This document shows positions 13,475 through 29,258 of a stretch of DNA of 64,000 nucleotides, one piece after another. This DNA comes from the human T2T-CHM13v2.0 reference genome, Homo sapiens: the NCBI RefSeq assembly GCF_009914755.1, contig NC_060944.1. One strand, written 5' to 3'. A program made the translations under genes and the position numbers. Below the pieces are notes generated by a model. That model worked only from the letters and a program-made list of their open reading frames with translations. It was not told the origin of the DNA and ran no database searches. Numbering within the stretch: the first letter of the stretch is position 1; every line of letters begins with the position of its first letter.

Positions 13475-16400
13475 AATATGCTAATTAATTGTATGTGTTA
13501 ACTTGACTGGTCCACAGGGTGCCCATTCACTTGGTCTGAGTCTGATGGCCTGAGAATGAGGAGAGCTGATGGGGTATTACACACACACACATACACTATT
13601 GATTCTGTCTCTCTGGAGAACCAAGACTGATACAGATTTTTGTCCCAAGAGTGGTTCTAGAGGAAGAGAATTTTTAGGATGAGTTTCCTGAATTGGTTCT
13701 GAGGTTTCTGGCATTGGTTCTCTCATCTGATTAGGTTTAATGATGCTAATAACTCTGTTTCCATTAATAAAGAGGGCACTGATAGATAGTCCGTGGTGTA
13801 CTCTGTCAATAGAGATATATAAATATTACCATTGGATACTCCTAATCAACCACTTATAAGAAGCAAAGATTTTGGTGACTGTGTATATGATGCTTTTGAA
13901 CATGATTGGCAAAGTAACAAATGTAAAGAGATTGGCTTCTATTGTCATCGAACAAAGAATGAGCTCAGGGTTTGAATTCCCAGGTCAAATGCTGCATACA
14001 TGATCTCAAAGCTGCTATGTCTGCCCTCGAGGAGACCTTTATCTCCTATAGCCTTAGGACTAAGATCACTGAAAATCAAATGCAGGATCTCATCCTGTGA
14101 CTGGCTGAACCAACACAATTTGAACCCTCAGCCTCACAAGGTGTCTACTGTTAAAGTCAGTGTATTAACTAGGAAGGAATGCGTTGCTCAAAGTTGGAAT
14201 GGAGATCAGCTTCAGCCCCGATGAAGCTGAGGACATTGAGCCCCTAAATTATGATGAGGGTTCTTTGCCAGCAGAAGAGCCCTCTCCAGCCTCTTCTAAG
14301 GGGATTAATCCTGCATCACCAGAGGAAACTCTAAGGGCCTCCCTCAAGGCAGTTGCCATGCAAGATGATGCTGATTCTATTCAGGACCCCTCTTTGTTTC
14401 TAGACCTGTAACTACATTCAAGTCCAAAGAGGCCCCTAAAGGTGACGTACAAAGTGCAACTCATGAGGATTTATGCTATACTCCAAATAAGTATTAAGTA
14501 TTTAAATTTTCTAATTTATAATAGAAAAGTTTGGAAAACTGTGAGGGAATGCATATTAAGAACATAGGATAATGGTAGGAGAAACACAAATTAGATCAAA
14601 ATGAATTTATTGATATGGATAAAGGAAGCAGACAGCATGCATTTAATTTTGCAGCTCAGGCATTTGGAAAGTGCTGTAATAGTTTGTTTAGTCAGTTGGC
14701 TGAAACATGGGCCAGAAGGTCACCCACAGTGAGCAAGTTGGAAATGCTGAACTTCCCTTGGTTTAATGTAGAGGGAGGGATTAAATGACTTAGAGACATT
14801 GGGATGTTAGAGTGGGTTTGTCATTCAAGAATGACTCACTCACATTGGGAGAGTCCTGGAGACATACCTTTCACCATAACTGTGGGAAGTAAGTTTGTGA
14901 GGGAGTCCCAGCATCCTTGAAGAGCTCTGTGACACTCTACTCTGTAGGCCAGAACTTACAATGGAAACTGCAGTCACTGAATTGAGAAATCTAAATGTAA
15001 TGGGAATAATTGGATCCCAGGGTGGCAGGGGCCAAGTGGCAGCACTCGACCGTCAAAGGCAATGTGGCCGTGATTACCATGATGAACAGTGGAGTCAGGC
15101 AGCAACCAAAATTCTCTAACTCACAGAGAACCATGGCACTGGCCAGTTGATCATGGTGTTCCTGGAAAGTAAAAGAGATAGGCTGGTGACTAAATTCTTT
15201 TTTGCTCTCTGTAAGCTGAAAATTTCTATGTCAAATAAAAAAAAAAAAAAGTATTACCTGAATCATGAAAGCATAGAGTCACTATCCTTCAAGGAATTCC
15301 CATACTTGAGCCAGTTTATAGACCCAAAACCCTTTCAATGAAGGGGAGGCTGAGTCTCTTTGAGGAAAGACTCCTGTATATTACTGAAAATTTATACTGT
15401 TCATCTTTCTCCCATCCTTCTCCAAATGGACCTATGGTGTTTTACCAGGTGACTATGCATTGGAGAAAAGGAAATAATCAGACCTGTTGGAGACTACTGA
15501 CCACTGGCTCTGAACTGACACTTATTCCAGAAGGCCCAGTATTTCACTGTGGTCCACCAGGCAGAGTAGGGCTAATGGAGGTCAGGTGATCAACAGAGTT
15601 TTAATTCAGGTCCATCTCACAGTGAAGTTCATGAGTCTCTAAACTTATCCCGTGGTTATTTTCCTAGTCTGAAATGTATACTTGGAATAGATAAATTCCC
15701 TGACAGAACTGCTATATTGGTTCTTGTGACCTGTGGAGTGAGGGCTATTACAGAGGGAAAGGCCAAGTGGGAGCCACTAGAACTGTTTCAACCTAGGAAA
15801 TTCGTAAACGAAAAGCAGTACCACATTCCTGAAGGATGGCAGAGATTAGTGCTACCATCAAGAATTTCAAAGTCGCAGGGCTGGTGAGTCTCACTATACT
15901 CCCATTCAACTTACTTGACATGTGCAGAAAACTGGATGATGGAGAGTAACATGGAAAGTTTAACCAGGTGGTGACTCCAATTGCAGCTGTTGTACCAGAT
16001 GTGGTTTCATTACTTGAGCTATTCCCTGGTACTTGGTATGCAGTTATTGATCTGGCAAATGCCTTTATTTCCATCCTTGTCAATAAGGCTCGTGAGAAGC
16101 AGTTTGCTTTCAGCTGTCAAGGCCAGCAATACACCTACACCGTCCTACATAAGGGGCATATCAACTCTCCAGCCCTATGTTATAATTTAGTTCACAGGGA
16201 TCTTAATTGGCTTTCATCACTAGTCCATTACATAGATGACATTATGCTGATTGGACCTAGTGAGCAAGAAGTAGCAACTACTCTAGTTTTATTGGCAAGA
16301 CATTTGCATGTCAGAGGGTAGGAGATATATCTGACAAAGTTTAGGGACCTTCTACCTCAGTGAAATTCCTAGGAGTCCAGTGGCGTGGGACATGTTGAGA

Positions 16401-16665
16401 TATTCTTCTGAAGTGAAGGATAAGATATTGCATCTTGCCCCTCCTAAATCAAAAAAGACGGACAATGCCTAGTGAGCTTCTTTCAATTTTTGGAGGCAAT
16501 ATATTGCTCATTTGGGTGTGTTACTCCCACTCATTTATTTAGTGACCCAAGAAGCTGCTAGTTTTGAGTGGATCCCAGAACAAGAGAAGGTTTTATAACA
16601 GGTCCAGGCTGCTATGCAAGCAGCTCTGTCACTTGGGCCATATGATTCAGCAGATCCAGTGGTGT
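13475..16665 (+). mobile_element. Decayed ERVL/HERV-L provirus: deleted MLT2 5' LTR, PBS region, gag-pro-pol remnants, 3'-truncated
   Basis: LTR end tctctggagaac...taca followed by gatttttgtcccaagagtggttctagagg. Protease-like LLTTGSELTLIP in ORF 15338-15589; RT motifs IDLANAF and VHYIDD in ORF 15968-16321; many stops and frameshifts. Confidence 0.9.
15968..16321 (+). pseudogene. ERVL reverse transcriptase fragment
   Basis: WYAVIDLANAFISI...KQFAF...YIDDIMLIG, followed by a stop. Confidence 0.9.
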
Positions 16666-16924
16666 CTAGATTTAATATTATGTGTCATGTCCCAATAAAG
16701 CTTGGAAGTAGATCTTAACACCATTGCCATCACCCACCCACACACATCCCTACAAGTGAAGAAACGGAAACCTCAAAGCAGGTAAGTGACTGGTCACAAA
16801 AATCACAGGTAATAAAGCCAGGAATCAAACATTATCGCAGCATGCTAGAAAGCCTATCTGCTTTTGATTTCTCAGTCACATTATTTTTTAGTAATTCTTA
16901 AAAAAAAAAAAAAAAAAAGCCTTG

Positions 16925-17228
<304 letters not shown>

Positions 17229-17926
17229 CTAACCTAATCAGGGCTGATTTATATGTTGTTTTTTTCTCACATATTTTCCTCAATGTTCTGTTCATATCAC
17301 ATAGAATCACTGAGAATTCTTCTCTGACATTCACAGGGCCCCTAAGTACTGCTTCACAGACTGAACTGAAGCAATATTAATGGGTCTCTTCCTAGATAAG
17401 CCCAAGCCTCAAGCATAGCCCTGCGCCTCAGTCAGCCAATCTAGAAATAGGGCAAGCTTCTAAAGATGAAAGGGCACAGTCTCTGCTTTTAGTAATCTCA
17501 CTAGGGCAATATAGCCAAGTGGAATGAAGAGATGAGACAAGGGCTAGACTGTGTGACATGGGCCATAGGTTGACAGAAGCTCCAAAAATAGAGTGAGTGC
17601 TCTGAGGAAGCTACACAGTAGCAAGAACATGGTGAGCTGGGTGGAAAACAATGAGTTAGGTCTTGCAGGATGCCTGGCAAAGGTGGGACGTCTGTAGAGG
17701 GACTGGCTTGAGCAAATGGTCTCAGAACAAGCTGTGGATTCCCTCTTTTAAAGTTCCAGACTTTCATAACTTCACTTTGGCCTGCATGCTTTCCTTTTGG
17801 AGGCAATATCTTCATAAATGCCATAAGAGGAAATTCAACACAGAACCCTCCACTGATTTCATTTTCTATTTGAATTTGGCAGAGACCCCTTTAAGACCGA
17901 ATCTCATCAAGAAAAATATAATCTGA

Positions 17927-18403
<477 letters not shown>

Positions 18404-19684
18404 TAGCCTGGTGTTATCCTACAAGACAATTTCCTTAAAATGTGTGAGTAATGGCTATTAAATCATTTTATGGAGCCATTTCTAAAATAATACTCTTTGT
18501 CACTGTTACCATAATTACTTTTAGTTGTGGCCATATTTTAAAGAACAGAATGCTTTATCGTGACTGTTATAAATACAAATTATTTTTCCCCTTGTGGGAA
18601 TCATCAGGCTAATTTGTTTACCATTTTCCTTCTAAAACAGATCATTATTAAAAGGAAATCAGTACAATGATTGTGATTAAGATCAACAGCTCTCTTAATT
18701 CTTTGTTCTGTTGAATATCAAGTTTTTTCTGCCTTCCTACCTCTGTCTTTCCGTAAGACAAATCCTTTTGCTGGCAAGGGGTATATGTGTGCATGCAACT
18801 CCTGACTTATATCTCCACTCTTACACTTGTGCTAATTGATCTTAAAATTAAAGTCCAGGATGCCAATGAAGGAAATAAGCTCTGAACCACGCAGGTCACA
18901 GTTTCTGTTGGTTGTATTTGTGTCAGGGAGCTGTCAGACTCTGCAGTTTGAAATTTAAGTTCTCAATGGACTCTGAGCGCATATCCTTGATGTGTGATTC
19001 ACACCTGTGGTATCATCATGGGGTCATTTTATTGAAATGTTGAACTTGTTTGCAGGGGCCTTAATTCTTTAGCTTTCTGCAAAACCTAGTTATGTGATGT
19101 GTTCTCTGTTTGGGGATAATAGAGAGTAAATGGAAATAAGACATTAACATTGCCCAACCCCTATTATAGTTGGTGTTAATAATCTTTGCCTATAGGTTTG
19201 GAAGTACCTTGGCTTATATAACCACTATTCAGATAAAACAAGGAAATGATGACATCAGTGTAAGATTGAATGAGATTTGACCACTGCACATGCCATGCTT
19301 TGCAATAGTCTAAAAACCTGGACAGAATGATCAGAACCATCTAACTCAAGCCCAGGGATAAGCAAACAATCAGTAAAAAATGCTTACATAGAAAGCGCAT
19401 GATATTTTAATATGAATTTTTAATATTTAATTAATTTTAGTGGCTATTGTCTACCTTTTATCAAATAAACAGCTATTTATTATTAGAACTTCTTGCTAAT
19501 GATTACTGATTTTGACTGTTTGTAAGTCTAGCCTTACAATTTATTCAGAAGTGTGGTTTTAAACACATAAAGTGCTTCATGGCAATGCAAAATCTTCTAC
19601 TGAAGTGTTTTGTATTATTTCGATTTGAACTTAAGAGATTATGTGGATTCTGTACATAATAGGTTTTATTCATAGACTTGATAG

Positions 19685-20142
19685 TGTAGCAGGACGAGCC
19701 GCAGACAAGAACCCCTCAGACACCGAGTTGTAGAAGGAAAGGGCTTTATTCAGCTGGGAGCATCGGCAGACTTATGTCTCCAAAAACTGAGCTCCCGGAG
19801 TGAGCAATTCCTGTCCCTTTTAAGGGCCTACAGCTCTAAGGGGGTATGAGTGAAAGGGTCATGATTGATTGAGCAAGCAGGCGGTGCGTGACTGGGGGCT
19901 GCATGCACCGGTAATCAGAACAGAACAGGACGGGATTTTCACGATACTTTTCCATACAATGTCTGAAATCTATAGATAACACAAGCAGTTAGCTCAGGGG
20001 TTGATTTTTAACTACCAGGCCCAGGGCGCGGTGCTGGGCTATCTGCCTGTGGATTCCGTTTCTGCCTTTTAGTTTTTACTTCTTCTTTCTTTGGAGGCAG
20101 AAATTGGGTATAAGACAATATGATGGGTGGTTGCCTCCCTTA
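19685..20142 (-). mobile_element. LTR2-family (HERV-E/Harlequin) solo LTR
   Basis: Reverse complement starts taagggaggcaaccacccatcatattgtctta and ends gctaca; 4-bp TSD ATAG at 19681 and 20143; CpGs retained. Confidence 0.88.
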
Positions 20143-20194
20143 ATAGTTAAATGATTTGGCAATAACAACAGGCCGAAATATAAAAGAGAAAAAT

Positions 20195-20273
20195 TTAGGT
20201 TGGTGCAAAAGTAATTGCAGTCTTTGCAATTGAGAGTAATGGCTAAAACCACAATTAGTTTTGTACCAAAATA
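20195..20273. mobile_element. MADE1 mariner MITE
   Basis: ttaggttggtgcaaaagtaattg...caattagttttgtaccaa, ~80-bp palindrome. Confidence 0.85.
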
Positions 20274-21601
20274 TGTATTTGGATATATATTCTTTAATTG
20301 ATGTTAACTTACACATTAAGTTTTTAAAATATTAGAAAACCTACAAAATCTGGGTTGAAAATGAGTATTTGAACTTGAAGCATGGCAACCTTTCACCCAT
20401 TTTGTTTTACCAAATTGTAAATAAATCATAACCTGGTACCATCACCTAGACAGAAATTTTGTGGAATATCTACACTATAAATAATGGAACCCCTGTAAAG
20501 TAGTAACTATTTCAAAGTTAGGATCTCCTGGCTTTGGCAAATTTTATTTTTGTGAAAATTAAAGTTGGGCATTGGCAACCCAATACCTTTTAGTGTTCCA
20601 CTAGAACAAAATTAAATATTAGGCCAGTAATTTGATGCAGTGGTATCCAAACTTTTCCATTTCATGCCCTAAAAATTAGACACTCACAACCCCCATCATA
20701 GGCATATTCACTTATTTGTGTGTTCATTTTTACGTTGTAGGTATTACTAGACTAACACATGTGTTCATCATAAATGAATGTATAATATATATATTTTAAA
20801 TGATAAAATATAAATAATGAGAAAGAATAAAGATGAAAATAATGTTTTATTTTGTTTGTTAATGATTCAAAACAAATCTTTGCCCTCCATATAGAGAGTC
20901 CATGTGTTTGAATAGACTTTATTATTTTCAAAACTCCTCACTTAACACTTTGATACAGGAATCCAAAACTCTGATCTTAAGTTTGGATTTTCTTTTCCAT
21001 ATTTGGTTTTAATGGCTGTCACTGCTGGGGAAAAAAAAGATTCCTCACACAGATTTGAAGATTAAAATGGAAGGTGTGCATCCTTTGCCGAGGCTACTGC
21101 TTCATTACACTCCTTTTATTCATTCCCATCTACCAGTTGTAAAGGTTTGACTTTCTGATGGATGCTTAATTTTTAAGTGCCTGCTAATTACAATGGCTTG
21201 CCACTTTCATTAACATGCCATACACTTAAGGCAAAACTCACTGTTAGCTGTGAGAAAGTAAATACATATTTCAAACAGTCTTCTTCATAAAATTACTTTT
21301 TAAATGGATTCTCCTGCAATATCTGATTGTTTTCACCTCAGAATGTAGGAAAGGAGAAAACGTCAGCTCTCAACTCTGCCGTTGTCCTTTTGTTTGCCGT
21401 TGGCACAATTGCTAATGTGGTTCATCTCAATGTCTTTGCAGGGTTTAGTCCATTTGGTGAGGGTTTGTTTGGTTAAAATAGATAAGGTAGCCTGTAAATC
21501 CATTGAATCTGAGCATGTGTACACTGAATGTGTTGAAACAAGCTGAAAAGTCATCGTATAAGCAAGGGCACCACTGTCCAAGCCCTTGAACGTGTGGGAC
21601 A

Positions 21602-21752
21602 GGCCAGGTTCCATGGCTAATGCCTGTAATCCTAATGCTTTGGGAGGCTGAGCCAGGAGGATCACTTTAGTCCAGGAGTTCAAGGCATTGAGCTATGATT
21701 AGGCCACTGCACTCCTGCCTGGGTAACAAAGTGAGACCTGGTATCAAAAAAA
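21602..21752 (+). mobile_element. Alu monomer (FRAM-like)
   Basis: Single Alu arm with short A tail. Confidence 0.8.
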
Positions 21753-21994
21753 AGGACGGGGGAGGGGAAAGGTGTGGTGCCCTCTTCTTTCCTCAGGTCT
21801 CAAGCCCTGTAAGTCACTAACAACCTTTTAACAAACTAATGTGGTGCCAGTGTCAATAGGTATGAGTAAAGCTAATTTCCCTTACAAGTGAAATTCTAGT
21901 ACACTTTTCCCATAATCCAATAGATCATCTTTCCTTTTATCCTCTGAACATATGCATGCATCTTAAAAGACTACGGATTTAAAGTACTAGATTA

Positions 21995-22311
<317 letters not shown>

Positions 22312-22449
22312 CTAGATTATGTTTTTCTTCCCAATTAAACAGATCATGAGTTCTTTTGGTGACTAGGGTGTTGTGGCATTTTGGAGGCAGGAAAGATACA
22401 GGAAGTTCCCATGCTATAAGCCTTGTCTCTTTGAACATATCTAAGCATA

Positions 22450-23075
22450 TTAGATCTGTTAATTTTTGCTTCATATAGTTTGAAGGTATAATTATTGGGT
22501 GTATACATTTTTAGTATTGTTTCTCAAATACATTGATCTCTTTATTATGAAATGTTCTTTCTGTATTTTCTTGCCTTAAAGTAATGCTGTTCGATACAGT
22601 AGCCATTAGCCATGTGCTTATTTAAATTTAAATTAATTAAAGAAAAATATAAAAATTCAGCCCCGCCTTTGTGCTAGTCACATTTCAGATGCTCAATAGG
22701 GCTATTGGTTACCCTATGGGATAGCACAGAGAACATTTCCATCATTACAGAAAGTTCTATTGGGTCGGGCTGCCTTAAGGCTACTTCATCTAATATTAAA
22801 ACAACTATATCAGGGGTTTTTTTGGTTGACAATTATATGGAGAATTAAATAAATCCTGAATCACAGATGAAGATTTTAGCATATCCCTCTCTGTTACTAA
22901 CAAAATAAGCAGGAAGGAAAAAAAAAGAAAATCACTAAGCACACAGAGGATTTGTTTAACACAATTAACCAACATAATATAATTCACATATTTAATGCAT
23001 TACATTCAACAGTTATATAATACAATACGCATTAAGTACGCAATGCGGACACATTGGAAGATACACCTGGCTGCC
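22450..23075. mobile_element. Ancient L1M ORF2 endonuclease-region fragment with an internal orientation switch
   Basis: Left part is antisense (MKQKLT-like in ORF 22055-22474); right part is sense (aaaatcactaagcacacagaggatttg...aacacaattaaccaac). Confidence 0.6.
22582..22772. mobile_element. MER3 hAT MITE
   Basis: 8-bp TSD ccttaaag/ccttaagg. Confidence 0.75.
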
Positions 23076-23184
23076 AAGTGTCCTGTAGGGAGGTGTTGAT
23101 TGTAGAGACACACAGCAGGGGCTATATAATTCCATAATCAGGAAACCCAGCAAAACTGGTATCACACGAAGGAATTGCAACTAT

Positions 23185-23551
23185 TGTATTAGTCCATTCT
23201 CACACATCTATAAAGAACTACCTGAGAGTGCGTAATTAATAAAGAAAAGAGGTTTAATTGGCTCTGCAGCCTGTACAAGTAGCATGGCTGGGGAAGCCTA
23301 CAATCATGGCAGAAGGTGAAGGGGAAGCAGGCACTTCTTACATGGCTGGAGCAGGAAGAAGAGAATAAAGGGGGAGGTGCCACATACTTTTAAACAACCA
23401 GATCTCATGAGAAGTCACTCACTATTATGAGAACAGCAAGGGAGAAATCTGCCCGCATGATAAAATCACCTCCCAGCAGGCCCCTCCTCCAACACTGGGG
23501 ATTACAATTCAACATGAGATTTGAGGGAGGACACAAATCCAAACCATATCA
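23185..23551 (-). mobile_element. MST (A/B-like) MaLR solo LTR
   Basis: tgtattagtccattctcac...aaaccatatca; TSD actat/cctat. Confidence 0.88.
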
Positions 23552-23597
23552 CCTATGGTTTGGGTTTTGGTAGCACAACACTGGTACAACCTACTAC

Positions 23598-23772
23598 TCA
23601 GGGATCCTCAAACTTTAATATGCATGCTAATCAACTTGAGGTTCTATTAAAATGCAGATTTTAATAGAGTAGGTCTAGGTGCACTTTGTAACAAGTACAC
23701 TTTGTTACTGACTTTAAAACGAGCTCCCAGGTCATGCTAATGTTACTGGTCCGTGGACCACACTTTGAGTAG
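23598..23772. mobile_element. MER5-like hAT MITE
   Basis: cagggatcctcaaact...ggaccacactttgagtag. Confidence 0.7.
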
Positions 23773-24675
23773 GAAGATTCTAACTCAAAAGCCCAAACTA
23801 GTAGCTTAAACACCAAATCATGACAGAAGCTGTTTCCCCTGGCTTGTATCATATTGATTAACACAGTAAAGAATTAGCTGCTGACATGTACAAAGTGTGA
23901 AGTTTCACATAAGCATAAGCACCTGAAGCGTCTCTTGAAGTCTGGGAAGATCCGGCCAGGGCAAGTCTGCTTCCATACATGGTCCATACAAAAGTCCACT
24001 GGAGCAGAGTAGAGGCCACTAGCTTTCGAGAGCCCATGATTTATCCTTCACCATAAGTCCCACCTCCACTACACTGACACCTTGCCAACCATCCATCTCA
24101 CTTCTTTATTTGCCTTTCTAACCTTCTGAGACAAGGACTCTCAACCTAAGCTAAATATTGGAATCAGAGGAGCTTTGAGAAATACTGATGTTTTGGTCTC
24201 AGCCCCAAAGATCTTGATATGGTCATTTCAAGGGGTGGGAAAAGCCTGGGCATTTTAAAAGCTACCCAAGTGATTCTAATATGAAGCCAAGGTTGAAGAC
24301 TTCTGTTTAAATCAATTTAGTGACACTAGCAACATTCTCACACACCATCCTCAGACATTCTGATTCTGAAGCTCAGGATCACCACTTCCTAATATTTGCA
24401 GGATCTGAGACAAAAGAAAGCTCTCAATCTATAGCCTTTCACCTTGTCTTTCTACTTCCCACCCACTCCTATACTTTCTTGCACCATGAAGAATCTTCTG
24501 TATATAGAATTAGACACACATCCAAGATCTGTCCTTACTCCCTTTCAAACACCCAGCCCTTGGTCACTCTTGAACTTAGACCTTTGCAAAATGACTGCAA
24601 GGTCTGCCATTAGAGGAAGAGGAAGAGGGCCTAAAAAGGGGTCTTGGGGCCAGTTGGGAAGGGAATTTTGGTATC

Positions 24676-25758
24676 TTGTTGAAGTGTTTTCTGACACCAA
24701 TCTCTTCTCCAACATCGGCTGAATGTCGAACCATTCAATTCAATTTTGATGCACCTGGATTTAGGGCAGACCCCACAGCTTAAGTCCCACAAGACTGCCC
24801 CCACTTCAGGTGCCAGTTGCAAGACTTGGACCACCCATACTTCTGACCAACCAGCTGTAAGTCAGAGGTTCCCACAACACTGTCCTCAGCTTCAATAATT
24901 TACTAGAACAGCTCACAGAACTCAGAAAATCCACTTTACTTACATTTAGATTTACAGTTTATCAAGAAGGATACAGATCAACAGCCAGATGAAGAGGTAT
25001 ATAGGGTATCGTAGTCTGCTTTGTGCTGCTATAACAAAATGCCTGAGACTGGCAATTTATACGAACAGAAATCTATTTTCTCACAGTTCTGGAGGTTTGA
25101 AAGTCCAAAATCAAGGCGCCAGCAGGTTCGGTTGTCTGGTAAGGGCTGCATCTTCCAGAGGGGAGGAACGCCATGTCCTCACATGATGGAAGACAGAAGA
25201 GCAAGAGAGACCAATGCTATCAAAAGCCTTTCTAAGGACCTTAATCACACTCATGAAAAAGGGCCCTCTTGACTTAATCACCTCTTGTTTGCCCCACCTG
25301 TTAATACCATCACATTGGCCATTAAGTTTCAACACTTTAACTCTAGAGGGAACACATTCAAATCATAGCACAGGACAAGGTCTGGAAGAGTCCCAAGAAC
25401 ATGAGCTTATGATCCTACGGAGTTAGGGTGTGCTGCCCTCCTAGTTCATGGATGTATTCACCAACCTGGAAGCTTTACATCATTATTTAAGAGTTTTTAT
25501 AACTCAATCTTTAGCTCTCCCACCAGGTTAGTGAGGGAGGCTGAAAGTTCCAACCCTCCAGTCAGTTGATCTGTCTGGTGATCACCCCTATCCTGAGGCT
25601 CTCCAGGGGCCCTATTCTAAATCTACTTATTAACATAAATTCAGATATGATTGAAAGGGGTTTACACAAGGCCTCCTTATCACTGTGAAAAACCCAAGCG
25701 TCTTAGGAGGTCTATGCCAGAAACCTGGGACAAAGACTAAATATATTTCTTATATCAC
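24676..25758. mobile_element. MER21-like LTR with a nested MST/MLT1A LTR at ~25007-25369
   Basis: cccacaagactgcccccacttcag...gaacagctcacagaactcag; nested gctgctataacaaaatgcc...attcaaatcatagca. Confidence 0.7.
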
Positions 25759-26531
25759 ATCTGGGTACCCCAGCATTAGGGAGGCCATGTCTCCATGTGC
25801 AGGAGTCATAGTCTTGTGTACTAAGCTACTCACCTCATGAGGAGTGTGTGGATGAAGGAGGGCTGGGGGGCCATGAGGGCCCAAGGGATGGGCCTGTCTT
25901 GCCCACATCTGGAAGTCCGGGATGAGGACTGAGACTCTCTTTGTAGCAGGTTCCCCCCAGTGATTCTGATGTCAGTTGTCCACAGGGTGCACTTAGAAAG
26001 ACAAACTCTGCAGAAGGATCAGAGCTAAAGAAGAATAGCTTCCCCTCTTTTCTCTCTGCTGCCTAACATTTCTTAGTACTAGTCAGAGCTTGGGAGCCAC
26101 ACTTGGAATTTCAAAAGAGGAATTTTTCATGCTTTTCTAAATGGATTGCATTTTGGGGGCTTGGAAGCCAAACACTTAGAATCTGTAAACAGTTTGTCCT
26201 GGGAGAGAATGGCTGCAGGCTTTCAGAACAAGAGAGGGAAATTTAGGCTGACTGCACCCTCTGCTTCTCAAAGCTCTTTCTGCTAAAATGCTATAGTTAT
26301 ATGTGGTCGTAGAAATAAAAGAGAAGCCAAACACTCAAGTGGGCACTGCTTCCCATTTTTTGACTAATGAGAGATTATTCAAAATCTTGATATTGAGTTC
26401 TTACTACCTACCCAAGCACTGAGCTGTCTTCTGTAATCATCCACAATATCTATGATGTCAGCTCCATCATTATCATTTTATGTAAGGAAACTGAGATGCA
26501 GACTGGCCACTGGCTCAAGCTCATACAACTA

Positions 26532-26885
<354 letters not shown>

Positions 26886-26898
26886 AAGAACCAAGCAG

Positions 26899-27208
<310 letters not shown>

Positions 27209-27676
27209 CTAGAACTCATGTGCTCTAAACCACTACTCTAAACCAGCTCTTTAAAACACGTAAGTGTAAATGTGCACAGATTTCAATTTAGAGCTGTGTG
27301 ACTCCCAGCAGATTTCTTTTTTCTTGAGCAAAGGAGATGCCACTGTGAATATTAATGTCTGTCATAGCCAGAGCAGACACTCTTCAGCTTTTGGGCAAAC
27401 TAAAATGCTCAAAAATACCCACAGGCACAACATTTTCTAATCGTGCTTCCAGAGCCAGGCAGTGTGTTCATGCATGTAAGACGCTGTATAAATGTAGGTA
27501 GTAGCACCAATAGTGCTCATGAATTATGGATGAAGAGGAACATCCAGAGTCAAACATTCCTGAGAAAGCAGACCAGGCTCCCTTTACTGGGTTAGGAAAA
27601 GATAAAAGGCTAAACTTCCCAAGGCAGTTGACTGGTGATTTTTCATTCTAACATCCGAAAAAATAGGAATAAAGTT

Positions 27677-28041
27677 GCTATGGTTTGAATATATGTGTCC
27701 CTTCAAAATTCATGCTGAAATTTAATCCCTAGTAAAACAGTATTAAGTGAGGACTTTACGAGGTTTAGGTCATGAGGGCCTTACCTCCATGAATGGGGAT
27801 AGTGCCCTTATAAAAGGGCTTGAGGGAGCCTGCTTTGCTCTTTTTGCCCTTCTGCCATGTGAGGACACAGCAAAAAGGTATCATCTTGGATGCAGGAGAT
27901 GAGCCCTCACCAGACGCCAAATCTTCTGGTGCCATGGTCTTGGAATTCCCAGCCTCCAGAACTGTGAGAAATAAATTTCTATTAATTATAAATTACCTGG
28001 TCTAAGATATTATGTTATAGCAGCAGGAATGAACCGAGACA
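27677..28041 (+). mobile_element. MLT1A/MSTD-like LTR
   Basis: tgctatggtttgaat...cagcctccagaactgtgagaaataaatttc...gaca. Confidence 0.8.
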
Positions 28042-28910
28042 GCAGCCTATTTCAGAAGCCTGTCTCTGATGCTCCTATTCCAACCAAAATCTTTAAGCCA
28101 GAGATCGCAACCAGTAACCTGGCTGAATAATCCACAAACATGGTTTATTGTACTCACACATTGTTATAATGTTTTTTTCTTAGTGTTCTTTCATCTTCTT
28201 GTTGAACAGGATGCCAACTTTAAAAATAAGGAGATATCCTTTAAAAATGTTTCCTTGCTTTAATTGAAATATTCAAAGACCTGGCTCACTGGGGCCATGT
28301 TCCAATGGACTTGGCAGCAATTAGCTGGATCTGAGGAGTGGAATCCCCGATTAGATGACCTTGTGTGCTCCCTTTAGCCACAGTCACCATCACTGTTTGT
28401 TACCTTATACTCACATACCACCACTGACTACCACCAGTGCTTTTCACTCTTTTTCTTTACCTCTCTTCCTCCTAAAGTCATTTGCATTTAATAACTGCTA
28501 ATTTCCTGTTATTCAAGGTCCCTAGCAATTTATGATATATGTGTTTGCTTATATAAACTTGCTTCAACAGGCCACAGTAGCCTAGGAGGTAGTCATTGCT
28601 TGAAGATTTATACTGGGCTGCAAAATAACCCTGAGTGTCTACTCAACTTTCAGTTCGAAGTGCCTTATCCTGTATGGTAGTGGGTTACTTTTTGCATGCC
28701 AACTCCATCATATGGTAGCAGATGCCTGGGACTTTTTGTTGATAAGGATTCCAAGGCTATCTAGATGGCCTGGAAGTACCACTAAGATTGATTAGTGATG
28801 TCTGCCATAGTCACCCCAGCTGCTGCTATCCATCAGAAGTCATCAGCCCTGTGCTTCCATCTCCATTTCTTTTTTTGGTTTTTTTTTTTTCATTTTTTTC
28901 ATTTTTTTTC

Positions 28911-29258
28911 ATTCTGAGTGTCATCATTTAGGAGACTCACACAAAAGTAAGAGAATCTTTCTAGGGAAATGTTCTCTTTTCTTTGCTTGAACTGAAGTTG
29001 CAATTTAGAGGCAGTTACCCTTAACCCTGGCATCTTTTTCCCCCAGTACAAGTGTTCATAGAAGCACCACATGTAACAGGCAAAAGCTGGAAACAACCTA
29101 AATGTCCATCAACAGTGGCATGGGTAAATGAAGTGTGGTGTATTCACATACTTTATAGCAATTTTTAAAAACCCGACTACAGCTATCTACAACAACAAAA
29201 AAAGAAGCCAGATGCAAAGAACTATAGACTGTATGACTGTTTATATAAAGTTGCAAAA
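28911..29258 (-). repeat. Left arm of a 348-bp inverted duplication (copy of 30608-30956)
   Basis: Base-by-base reverse complement with about 3 differences; ORFs 28899-29096(-) and 30783-31082(+) share the peptide KKMPGLRVTASKLQLQFKQRKENISLERFSYFCVSLLNDDTQN. Confidence 0.97.

Noticed and set aside
14000-16321. Possible domesticated ERV gag/pol gene
   Set aside because: Fragmented by stops and frameshifts; protease catalytic Asp lost.
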